Shown one piece after another: positions 29,759 to 38,038 of a stretch of DNA of 64,000 nucleotides. The position numbers and the translations under genes are program-made. The first letter of the stretch is position 1; the number at the start of each line of letters is the position of its first letter. The DNA comes from Chloroflexia bacterium (GTDB lineage Bacteria > Chloroflexota > Chloroflexia > Thermomicrobiales > CFX8), in contig JAUIIK010000003.1 in the NCBI GenBank assembly GCA_030431755.1, forward strand, positions 1,770-65,769, written 5' to 3'. The notes under the pieces are model-generated. The model was not told where the DNA came from. It saw nothing but the letters and a program-made list of their open reading frames with translations, and searched no databases.

Positions 29759-30931
29759 CTACTTCCGCATCTGGTTCGCCAGGCGGTAGTCGGACATCGA
29801 GCTCACCGATTCGAAAGCCTGCTCGAAGTCCGCAACCAGGTCAGCGCCGGTTTCACAGCCAACCGAAACGCGCACCAGCGGGTCCTCCCGATTTGGCCAG
29901 ACCAACGTGAAGACGTCGCCCAGGCTGACGCCGTGGTCGGCGAGGTTCAGCGCGTTCGCGAACTGGTTGGCGTAGTCAGTGTCGGGAACGGTAAAGCTCA
30001 ACATGCCGCCAAAGCGACCGCCCATGAGCTCGGCCGCGATCTCGTGTCCGGGATGACTCGCCAGCCCGGCATAGTTGACGTTCGAGACTTCAGGTTGCCT
30101 GTCGAGGAATTCGGCCAGGGCCTGCGCGTTGGCGCAGTGCCGCTCCATACGCATGTCTAGCGTCCGCATGCCGCGCAGAATGAGCCACGAATTGAAGGGG
30201 CTGATGCAGGAGCCGAAAATGACGAGCGTGTCGTGGATCTCCTGAATGAGCTCTGCGCTCCCGGCAACGGTGCCGGCTATCGCGTCTCCGTGACCGCAGA
30301 GGTACTTCGTTGCCGAATGCAAGCTGAGATCGACGCCGTGCTCGATTGGCCGAAAGAGGTATGGGCTGGTGAAGGTGTTGTCAACGACGACCTTGAGATT
30401 GTTGGCGCGAGCGATCTTGACGAGCTCTGGAATATCCGCAACCTGGATGCGCGGGTTCGACAGGAATTCGCAGTAAAGCACCTTCGTCTCGGGCCGGATC
30501 GCGGCGCGCACGGCGTCCAGATCGGTGATATCGACGGCGGTGGCGTCGATGCCATAGTGCTCGGCGCGTTGCTCGAAGAACTCGAGCGCGTAGTGGTAGA
30601 CCTCGCTGGAGTAGACAACATGGTCGCCCTGGTGGAGGAGCGTCATGAGCGTCGCCGAGATGACGGCCATGCCGGACGCCCCGGCCAGCGCCGCCTCCGC
30701 GCCCTCGAGCGCGGCGATCTTTGTTTCCAGAGCGCGGGTCGTCGGGTTGCTGTTGCGGGTGTAGAAGTGCCCGTTTGACTCCGCCGCCAGCTGTTTCGCA
30801 TCGAGAGTTTCGAAGGCGTAGGTCGACGTCTGATAGATGGGCGTGTTGTGCGCGTTGGTTACGGAGTCGGGGCCTTCACCTGCATGGATCGCGACCGTCG
30901 AGAAGCCGTGGGTGCCGTTGAGTTTCGCCAA
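29759..30931 (-). CDS. Cys/Met-metabolism PLP-dependent enzyme (methionine gamma-lyase / cystathionine gamma-synthase / O-acylhomoserine sulfhydrylase family)
   Basis: 390 aa with the PLP-lysine context LSLHSATKYLCGHGD and N-terminus TVAIHAGEG...PIYQTSTY. Confidence 0.9.
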   Translation of the reverse strand: MAKLNGTHGFSTVAIHAGEGPDSVTNAHNTPIYQTSTYAFETLDAKQLAAESNGHFYTRNSNPTTRALETKIAALEGAEAALAGASGMAVISATLMTLLHQGDHVVYSSEVYHYALEFFEQRAEHYGIDATAVDITDLDAVRAAIRPETKVLYCEFLSNPRIQVADIPELVKIARANNLKVVVDNTFTSPYLFRPIEHGVDLSLHSATKYLCGHGDAIAGTVAGSAELIQEIHDTLVIFGSCISPFNSWLILRGMRTLDMRMERHCANAQALAEFLDRQPEVSNVNYAGLASHPGHEIAAELMGGRFGGMLSFTVPDTDYANQFANALNLADHGVSLGDVFTLVWPNREDPLVRVSVGCETGADLVADFEQAFESVSSMSDYRLANQMRK

Positions 30932-31023
30932 TCGTCGCCTCGTTTCCTAGCTATGAGTTGCGCCAGCAATCGTTTCATAGAGTGTAGCCCGAGCATGCCC
31001 CGGCGCTGCACAGCCCATGCCAA

Positions 31024-31054
31024 CAGCGAGCCGGCATCGACGGCCGGCTCGCTG
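31024..31054 (-). terminator. hairpin downstream of 31092..32552 (putative terminator)
   Basis: Perfect 12-bp stem CAGCGAGCCGGC/GCCGGCTCGCTG with a 7-nt loop, 38 nt after the stop codon. The tail begins TT on the minus strand. Confidence 0.5.
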
Positions 31055-31091
31055 TGTCAAACGCTTGCGATGGCCGTTAGCCCAAGGCTTG

Positions 31092-32552
31092 CTAGACGCT
31101 CTGTTCAATCAGCGCCCGCACGGTTTCAACGGCGTCAGCGTCGGTCCCGGAGATCATGACGACGGTGTCGCCACCGGCAATGACGCTGAACGTGCGACCG
31201 GCTTCGTCCCAGATTTCGCCGTTCGCCGCGTCACCGTCGAAGCTATCCAAGAGCGCCTCGGAGAACTCGCTGGCGTCGGTGTCAGTGTCCCAGCGTGTGG
31301 AGAGCAGTGCCACCGCGCCAGTGTCCGACTCGTAGATGTCGAACCAGGAACCGCCCCAGCCAGCTGCTGCCGTCGCCGCGGAGCTGGCATCGACGCCGTT
31401 GTCTTCCAGCATGATCTGGAGATCCCACTCTCCGAGCACATTGCCGCGCAGGAGTTCCCAGCCGTCGCCCAGATCGTTCGAGATATCGGGGTTGTCGACC
31501 TCGATGGGCTCGTCGCGCTCGGGCCCGAGATACTTCTCGGGGTGCAGGATCTGTTCCGTGGAGGTCGGCGGATCGGAGAAGGCCGCGTCGATCGCGGCAT
31601 AGCCGCCTTCATCGGCGAGCGCGGTCGCGAACACCTGACCGGCGTCGTAGCTAAAGAGCAGCCCGTCGGAGATGTAGCGCGGCGCGTTGTCGAGGATGCT
31701 CGACTCCGGCGCGGAGAGCGAATCGCCGAGCATCTCGATGAGTTCGAGGGGGTCCAGGTAGCCAAGCATATAGTCGGTCATCGACAACGTTGCATCGCCT
31801 TCGATCAGCGCGGTCAACGCGGCATCGTGGTCGGCGTCGACGGCGAACTCATCGATCGCGATCAGGTCGAAATGCTGGTCCTGCAAGGCGTGGACGACCT
31901 CGTGCGCCATCGTCACCTTGTCAATGACGGTCAGGCTGCCGTCGTCGGTCACGACGACGAGCTCCTTGGTCTCCGGGTCGTAGTAGCCGGCGATCTGTTC
32001 GCTCAGCAGGTCGATCTGGAGCTGATAGAGGTCGATGGTCTCATCGGGGATCAGGCGCAGCAGCCACCAGGTTAGCGCGTCGGCGTGCGCTTCTTCGGCG
32101 GAATACTCTTCTTCGATAATCTCCTGCACGCGGATGGCAAGCTCTTCGCGGTCGATGATCTGCTCGTCGAGGTCTTCGAGGAGCTCGAGCCCGCGTAGGT
32201 CAACAACGTCGGCCTCAATGGACTCGATCTCGGCGCGGGCTGCGGAGTCTTCGCCGTCACCGCCGGCGTCGGGCTCGTCCGTGCTTGTCGGATCTTCCGG
32301 GCCGGCAGTTGGCGCTTCCGTTGCCGCTGTCTCGTCATCGGAGGTCGCGGTGGCGTCCGCCGCGGTCGGATCATTGGCTGCTTCGCTGGTGGCGGTGGGA
32401 TCGTTCTGCGACTGGCCGGAGTCCGGAGTTGACGTAACGACAACTGGCGTTGGCTCGGTCGTATCCTCACGGTCAAGCTCGACATCGCATGCTGCGACGA
32501 CGAGCGCGGCCAACATGAGAACGATGAGAACACGGTTGCCTAACAATTTCAT
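31092..32552 (-). CDS. secreted lipoprotein with HExxH motif (putative zinc metalloprotease, uncharacterised family)
   Basis: Signal peptide and lipobox (LAALVVAAC), Thr/Asp/Glu-rich tether, HEVVHALQDQH motif. Confidence 0.6.
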   Translation of the reverse strand: MKLLGNRVLIVLMLAALVVAACDVELDREDTTEPTPVVVTSTPDSGQSQNDPTATSEAANDPTAADATATSDDETAATEAPTAGPEDPTSTDEPDAGGDGEDSAARAEIESIEADVVDLRGLELLEDLDEQIIDREELAIRVQEIIEEEYSAEEAHADALTWWLLRLIPDETIDLYQLQIDLLSEQIAGYYDPETKELVVVTDDGSLTVIDKVTMAHEVVHALQDQHFDLIAIDEFAVDADHDAALTALIEGDATLSMTDYMLGYLDPLELIEMLGDSLSAPESSILDNAPRYISDGLLFSYDAGQVFATALADEGGYAAIDAAFSDPPTSTEQILHPEKYLGPERDEPIEVDNPDISNDLGDGWELLRGNVLGEWDLQIMLEDNGVDASSAATAAAGWGGSWFDIYESDTGAVALLSTRWDTDTDASEFSEALLDSFDGDAANGEIWDEAGRTFSVIAGGDTVVMISGTDADAVETVRALIEQSV

Positions 32553-32659
32553 GGTCTGCCCATATTCCTGCTGACATGACGGACTGCATCATTGGTTGAA
32601 CGGTACCGCCCGGTCGCTCTGCTACCAATATGACGACGGTCCCGATTGAGGCGCTACGG

Positions 32660-32956
32660 TCAGCGCTGGCGAGGAGGGCGGGCTTGCTTGTAGATACGGA
32701 CGCCGTTGCGGATCAGATAGTTGATCATCGACAGGCGCGTCTCCATGCCAATCCGGCCCAGCGACGGCAGCACCTGGACGCCGTGATAGTTGGCGAAGGG
32801 CACGATCCATTCGCGAAACTCGCGGTCGGTCAACGTGCGGACCGATTTTGGCTCGCGGTCTTCCCGGCCCTCGATATCTATAAGCACATAGATGAGGTCG
32901 AGGTCATCGTCGGTCATCAGCTGGGCCTGGCCAGTGATCTTCCGATGGGGCTGCAT
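32660..32956 (-). CDS. hypothetical small protein
   Basis: 98-aa ORF with strong GC3 bias and a globular-looking sequence (DLIYVLIDIEGREDREPKSVRTLTDREFREWIVPFANYHG). The antisense 146-aa ORF looks non-coding. Confidence 0.55.
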   Translation of the reverse strand: MQPHRKITGQAQLMTDDDLDLIYVLIDIEGREDREPKSVRTLTDREFREWIVPFANYHGVQVLPSLGRIGMETRLSMINYLIRNGVRIYKQARPPRQR

Positions 32957-33097
32957 AGTCGGCCGTCTCCGTTTTCGTCTTTTCGGCGTCCATTGGTAGG
33001 CTACATGCGTATGAATAACGGACGCTATCGCGCCTGCAAGGGTATACCATGCCCGCCGTCGTCCAAATGATTGCCCGCATCACAAGGAGCGCCACAG

Positions 33098-34612
33098 ATG
33101 GTCTCACCGGCAAGTATGAGTTCGCAGTCGATTCCAAAGATGCCAAGACCGCTCTCACCGACGCGGCGGCGCGCGAAGATCGTCGCAACGCTCGGTCCGG
33201 CAGTGTTCGGCATTGACCGGCTGCGCCAGCTGGTCGAAGCGGGCATGGATGTCGCGCGCATCAATTCGGCCCACGGCACACTCGAACAGCGTGCGGAGCT
33301 TATACGTGACCTGCGCCAGATCGAACGGGAAACTGACAAGCACATTCCGATCTTGCTCGATCTGCGCGGCCTGAAGCTTCGGACGGGACCGCTGGGTGGC
33401 GACGAAGCCGTGCCACTGGCGCGTGGCTCGCAAGTGAGCCTCTACCCCGGGCCGGTTGAGACGACCTACAACCAGGTCGGTATCAACTACGATCGGCTTC
33501 TGGACGTGCTTGAGCCGGGCGAGCGGGTGCTCCTGGCCGACGGGCTGATCGAATTGCTGGTCGAGGAGGTCGGCAGCGAGTGCGCGCTCTGCTCGGTTGG
33601 GCGCGGTGGGCCGTTGGCGAGCGGCCAAGGCGCGACGTTGCCGAACGTGCAACTGCAGGATGCCGCGATCACCGACCTCGACCGCGACGACATCGCCTTC
33701 GCTGCCGAGTACGGCATCGAATTCCTCGGGCTCTCATTCCTTAGCACCGACGAGGATGTCTATCAGGCGCGGCGCATAGCGCTGTCGTTCGGGGCGCAAC
33801 CGGGCATCGTCGCGAAGATCGAGCGGCCCTATGCGCTTGGCCAAATCGAGCCAATCGCGCGCGCAGCCGACGCCGTGATGGTCGCGCGCGGCGACCTTGG
33901 CGTCCAGTTGCCGCCGGAGCAGGTTCCGCGTGCCCAGAAAGAGATCGTGCGCGTCTGTAACTGGCTTGGGACGCCGGTCATTACGGCAACCCAGATGCTG
34001 GAGTCGATGATCATGCAGCCGGTGCCGACACGCGCCGAGACGAGCGATGTCGCGAACGCGATTTTCGACGGCTCGGACGCGGTGATGCTGTCAGCCGAGA
34101 CGGCGACCGGCCGCTATCCATTCGAAGCGGTCAACATGATGGACCGGATCATCCGCGAGACGGAGAAGGAAGGCGCGATCCGCCCCGTCGGGATCATCGA
34201 GGCCGACCCGACCGAGAACGCTGAGAACGCGGTCACGGCGGCGCTAGGCCGGGCGGCGCGATCGCTGACTGACGTCGCGTCCGTGCAAGCGGTCGTCGTC
34301 TTTACGCTCAGTGGATCAAGTGCGCGGCTGGTCGCCCGCAACCGTCCGAACGCGCCGATATTCGCGATCACGACCGATCCCTATGTCGCGCGGCGGCTCT
34401 CGCTGCTGTGGGGCGTGCGGGCGATGGTCCTGCCGCTCGAAGATGATCTTGACAAGCTGATCCGCGCTGCCTCCGAAAAGCTTCTCGCGATTGGCGAGGC
34501 AGAGCAAGGCATGGACGCGCTCTTCGTCGGGAGCCTGCCGGTGTTTCGAGTGAGCGGGCGGACAAACCTGATTCATGTGCGCACCATCGAGGCCGAGGAC
34601 TCCGCTGAGTGA
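33098..34612 (+). CDS. pyk: pyruvate kinase
   Basis: RRAKIVATLGP, MDVARINSAHG, MVARGDLGV, VITATQMLESM and SAETA motifs. Start set at ATG 33098, 8 nt after the AAGGAG SD. Confidence 0.93.
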   Translation: MVSPASMSSQSIPKMPRPLSPTRRRAKIVATLGPAVFGIDRLRQLVEAGMDVARINSAHGTLEQRAELIRDLRQIERETDKHIPILLDLRGLKLRTGPLGGDEAVPLARGSQVSLYPGPVETTYNQVGINYDRLLDVLEPGERVLLADGLIELLVEEVGSECALCSVGRGGPLASGQGATLPNVQLQDAAITDLDRDDIAFAAEYGIEFLGLSFLSTDEDVYQARRIALSFGAQPGIVAKIERPYALGQIEPIARAADAVMVARGDLGVQLPPEQVPRAQKEIVRVCNWLGTPVITATQMLESMIMQPVPTRAETSDVANAIFDGSDAVMLSAETATGRYPFEAVNMMDRIIRETEKEGAIRPVGIIEADPTENAENAVTAALGRAARSLTDVASVQAVVVFTLSGSSARLVARNRPNAPIFAITTDPYVARRLSLLWGVRAMVLPLEDDLDKLIRAASEKLLAIGEAEQGMDALFVGSLPVFRVSGRTNLIHVRTIEAEDSAE

Positions 34613-35091
34613 TAGCGCATGACTTCGATCCCGATGCGCCGCCGATAAACCGCGATGCCCGACCACACCACTGCTTCGGATGCGGGACGCTCAATGCGAA
34701 CGGTCTCCAGTTGCTATTCAGGCGAAGTCTGGACGGTGTCTGGGCGGAGTTCCGTCCGGATCGGCGCTTCGAGGGCTACGTCGGGATGGTCCACGGCGGC
34801 GTCTTGTCGACGATGCTCGACGAAGCGATGAGCTGGGCGATCACGGCGTCGGGTCAGTTCGCCGTGACCGCGCGGCTGAACACAAGCTTTCGGAGCCCGG
34901 CACGCGTCGGTGCGCTGCTGCGTGTCGAAGGCCGGGTGACGGACGCCCGGCGGAGACTGCTGGACACGGCTGCGACGATCACCGACATCGAGCGGGGCGA
35001 CGTCGTCGCCCAGGCAGACGGCAGATTCATGCGCGTATCAGAGGAGCAGGCGGCCGCCTGGCGCGCGCGCTACCTTGATCGTGGCGCGTAG
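34609..35091 (+). CDS. PaaI-family hotdog-fold thioesterase
   Basis: 160 aa with HCFGCG near the N-terminus followed by VHGGVLSTMLDEAM, typical of PaaI/4HBT thioesterases. GTGA overlap with the pyk stop. Confidence 0.75.
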   Translation: MIAHDFDPDAPPINRDARPHHCFGCGTLNANGLQLLFRRSLDGVWAEFRPDRRFEGYVGMVHGGVLSTMLDEAMSWAITASGQFAVTARLNTSFRSPARVGALLRVEGRVTDARRRLLDTAATITDIERGDVVAQADGRFMRVSEEQAAAWRARYLDRGA

Positions 35092-35094
35092 TCG

Positions 35095-36060
35095 CTAGTA
35101 CCCCTTGTACTTGTCGATCACGCCTTCCAGCGTTTCGTCGTTGGCAAGATGGCCGATGTTACGAATCACGCGCTCCTGTACCCTGCCGATGCGGTATTGG
35201 CTCGCCCCTGCCGTGTGCGGCGAGATGACGACGTTGTCATAGGTCCACAGCGGATGGTCGTCGGGCAGCGGTTCCGGCTCGGTGACGTCAAGCCCGGCTC
35301 CGGCCAGCTTGCCGTTTTCGAGCGCCGCGGCGAGCGCGTCGAGATCTATGATCGGGCCGCGTGTGACGTTGATGACATAGCTGTTGTCGGGCATCGCGTC
35401 CAGCACGGTCTGATCGACCAGGTGGTAGGTCTCCTGGGTCAATGGGCAGCACACAAAGAGGACATCCGATGCGCCGGCCATTTCGACGAGGCGCTCGGGC
35501 TGGTCGAGCGACTGGACGCTCGCCGGCCGCGCTGTGACGACGGGGTCCACCGCTAGCGAAGTCATGCCGAACGCGGCGGCCCGCTCGGCGACCGCAGTGC
35601 CGGTACCTCCGAGTCCGATGATGCCAGCCGTCATTCCGGTGAGCTCCCGCGCCGCGCGCCGCATCGGCAAGCGGTTGCCCCACGCACGCTGCCGGGCGGC
35701 CCAGGCGAGCGAGCGCGTGAGACCAAGTAGCAGGCCGAAGGCATGGTCGGCTAGATGTGGGCCAACCAGCCCCTTCTCGCTGGTTAGGATGATGTCGCTT
35801 TCGACAAAGTCGGGAAAGAGCAGCGCGTCGACGCCGGAGGAGAGCGACTGGACCCAGCGCAGCTGGCCGGCGTGTTCGAGGATCTCCGGATCGATGGGTC
35901 CGACAAGCCCATCGGCGTCGCGAATCTCAGCGAGGATCTCGTCACGGTTGCCGGTGACGACGAACTCGGTAGCTCCCGCATCGCGGATGCGCGCCGCCTG
36001 TTCAACGGTGACCTCGGGCCAGATGTGCTCCACGGGGATCAGGACAATCTTCACGTTCAC
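35095..36060 (-). CDS. D-isomer-specific 2-hydroxyacid dehydrogenase family protein
   Basis: 321 aa with NAD-binding GIIGLGGTGTAVAERA and catalytic R...E...H contexts (NVTRGPIID, DVTEPEPLP, SPHTAG). Confidence 0.88.
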   Translation of the reverse strand: MNVKIVLIPVEHIWPEVTVEQAARIRDAGATEFVVTGNRDEILAEIRDADGLVGPIDPEILEHAGQLRWVQSLSSGVDALLFPDFVESDIILTSEKGLVGPHLADHAFGLLLGLTRSLAWAARQRAWGNRLPMRRAARELTGMTAGIIGLGGTGTAVAERAAAFGMTSLAVDPVVTARPASVQSLDQPERLVEMAGASDVLFVCCPLTQETYHLVDQTVLDAMPDNSYVINVTRGPIIDLDALAAALENGKLAGAGLDVTEPEPLPDDHPLWTYDNVVISPHTAGASQYRIGRVQERVIRNIGHLANDETLEGVIDKYKGY

Positions 36061-36078
36061 GGTTCCAATCGAATGTTG

Positions 36079-37155
36079 CTAGCCCAGCGCTTCGCTGAGT
36101 CTGGTGATGACGGCATCGCCGACGTCAGAGGTGGTTGCGGTTCCTCCGAGATCAGGCGTGCGGGCGACGCCGCTTGCGGTCACTGCTTCAATTGCCTGCA
36201 AGATTGCTCGCGCAGCCTCCGGCTCGCCGATGTCATCAAGCATCATCGACGCCGACCAAATGGCGGCGATCGGGTTGGCGATGCCCTTGCCGGCGATGTC
36301 GGGGGCGGAACCGTGGACCGGCTCGAAGATGCCAGGCACCCCGCCCTCCGGGTTTATGCTGGCGCTCGGTGGCAGTCCCAACGAACCCATCAGCGCGCCG
36401 CCGAGATCGCTGAGGATATCGCCGAAGAGGTTCGACCCGACAACAACGTCGAGGGTCTGCGGGTGGGTCACGAAGCGCGCGCTGAAGGCGTCAACATGGT
36501 ACTGCGTTGCCTCGATCTCGGGATACTTGCCAGCGACTTCGGCAAAGATCTCGTCCCAGAAGACCATCGAGTACTGGCAGGCATTGGATTTCGTTGCGCT
36601 CTGAACGCCTGATCTGCCCTGTGCTTTGGCGTAGTCGAAGGCGTAGCGGATGATGCGCTCTGTGCCTTTGCGAGTGAAGACCGCCGTCTGCATGGCCGCT
36701 TCTGTCGGCGTGCCGACGTGGACACGTCCGCCGACACCGGCGTACTCGCCCTCGGTGTTCTCGCGCACGATGACGAAGTCGATCTCGTTGGGTCCGCGGT
36801 TTGCGAGCGGTCCCACGACCCCAGGCAGCAGGCGCACCGGGCGCAGATTGACCCAGACATCGAAAGTCTTCCGAATCGGGAGGAGCATGCCCCAGAGCGA
36901 CACGTGGTCCGGCACGCCCGGGAAGCCGCACGCGCCGAGGAAGATGGCGTGGTGCTGGCGCAGCTTCTCGAGGGCGTCGGCATCCATCATCTGGCCGTGT
37001 TGGAGGTAGTACTGACACGAGTACGGGTACTCGATGTACGTGAACCCGAGGCCGCCGTCAAGTTCCGCCAGCGTGTTAAGAACTCGGACGCCCTCTGCCG
37101 TGACATCGTGGCCGATGCCGTCGCCCGGGATGAGCGCTATGTCGTACTGCCGCAA
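36079..37155 (-). CDS. tartrate dehydrogenase/D-malate dehydrogenase-like (isocitrate/isopropylmalate dehydrogenase family)
   Basis: QYDIALIPGDGIGHDV, NLRPVR, VRENTEGEY and NLFGDILSDL motifs. Only the last about 358 aa of the 468-aa ORF look like the enzyme. Start proposed at in-frame TTG 37155. Confidence 0.8.
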   Translation of the reverse strand: MRQYDIALIPGDGIGHDVTAEGVRVLNTLAELDGGLGFTYIEYPYSCQYYLQHGQMMDADALEKLRQHHAIFLGACGFPGVPDHVSLWGMLLPIRKTFDVWVNLRPVRLLPGVVGPLANRGPNEIDFVIVRENTEGEYAGVGGRVHVGTPTEAAMQTAVFTRKGTERIIRYAFDYAKAQGRSGVQSATKSNACQYSMVFWDEIFAEVAGKYPEIEATQYHVDAFSARFVTHPQTLDVVVGSNLFGDILSDLGGALMGSLGLPPSASINPEGGVPGIFEPVHGSAPDIAGKGIANPIAAIWSASMMLDDIGEPEAARAILQAIEAVTASGVARTPDLGGTATTSDVGDAVITRLSEALG

Positions 37156-37264
37156 GCCTGCCCCGATTCCATCATTGCCATTTGAAGCGCAATCTGCATC
37201 TTCTCGCCCACTATTATCAACACGGCTCGAAAACCGTCCAGCCTTTGTGGGAGGAAGCACAGAT

Positions 37265-37987
37265 ATGCGCATTGATGTTGTAACCGTCATCACCGGGCTG
37301 TCGTCGGAAGCGCTCGAACAGCGGCGGAGGGCGTTGGCGCGGCTCGCGTCGCCGGGCATCGAGACGCGCCTGGTCGTTGTCTCGAATGGACCGGCCTCAG
37401 TCGAGTCAGAGGCGGAGCTACTGCTTGCCGCTCCCGGCATTCTCCGAGCGGTCGTCGAGTCGGCAGCCGATGGCGCTGATGGCATCGTGATCTGGGGTGG
37501 TCACGATCCCGCGCTCGAAGCCGCGCGAGAGCTGGTTGACGTCCCGGTGATTGCGCCCGGCATGGCGTCGATGTTACTGGCGTGCAGCGTGGCGCATCGC
37601 TTCGGGTTGCTTGTTCAGCTGGAGCAGGTGCGGCGCCTCGCTGAGAGGCAGGTCGATTCACTTGGGCTGGCGGCGCGGTGTGCGGGTGTCTACTCCGTAG
37701 AGACGCCGGTGCTTGAGCTGGCCGGTGAAGCCGCGTACGCATCGGTGGAGCGCGCTGCGCTCGATGCCGTCGACGCGGGCGCAGACGCAGTGTGTTTCGG
37801 TTGCATGGCTATGGCGCCACACGCGAACAGACTCCAGGAGCGGCTCGCTGCGCGACGGCCGGGAGCGCTTGTGATCGACCCTGGCTCAGCAGCTATCCGG
37901 TGGCTGGAACTGCTCATCGGCATGGGGCTGTGTCACAGCAGGCGGAGCCACCCTGCGCCGCCGAAACCCATTAGTCTCGGCCAATAA
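37265..37987 (+). CDS. Asp/Glu/hydantoin racemase family protein
   Basis: 240 aa from ATG 37265 (MRIDVVTVITG...). The two-domain racemase-like sequence has conserved Cys contexts (LLACS and VCFGCMAM). Confidence 0.7.
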   Translation: MRIDVVTVITGLSSEALEQRRRALARLASPGIETRLVVVSNGPASVESEAELLLAAPGILRAVVESAADGADGIVIWGGHDPALEAARELVDVPVIAPGMASMLLACSVAHRFGLLVQLEQVRRLAERQVDSLGLAARCAGVYSVETPVLELAGEAAYASVERAALDAVDAGADAVCFGCMAMAPHANRLQERLAARRPGALVIDPGSAAIRWLELLIGMGLCHSRRSHPAPPKPISLGQ

Positions 37988-38019
37988 CAGGAACCCGCAG
38001 AAGGCTGCGGGTTCCTGTT
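37986..38019. terminator. bidirectional hairpin terminator between convergent genes
   Basis: Perfect 15-bp stem AACAGGAACCCGCAG/CTGCGGGTTCCTGTT with a 4-nt loop, placed between the stops of 37265..37987 (+) and 38039..40057 (-). Confidence 0.75.
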
Positions 38020-38038
38020 CCGTCAATATGACGGGGGT

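Noticed and set aside
31017-32075. 352-aa ORF on the plus strand
   Set aside because: It is antisense to the HExxH lipoprotein gene, whose signal peptide, lipobox and GC3 pattern support the minus-strand reading.
36079-37485. N-terminal 110-aa extension of the dehydrogenase ORF, and likewise the 5' extensions of 37034..37987, 21659..23179, 40500..42701 and 17044..18192
   Set aside because: The extensions are Arg/Ser/Ala-rich. They overlap divergent or upstream genes and precede the conserved N-termini of the respective families. I preferred shorter starts that have SD sequences.
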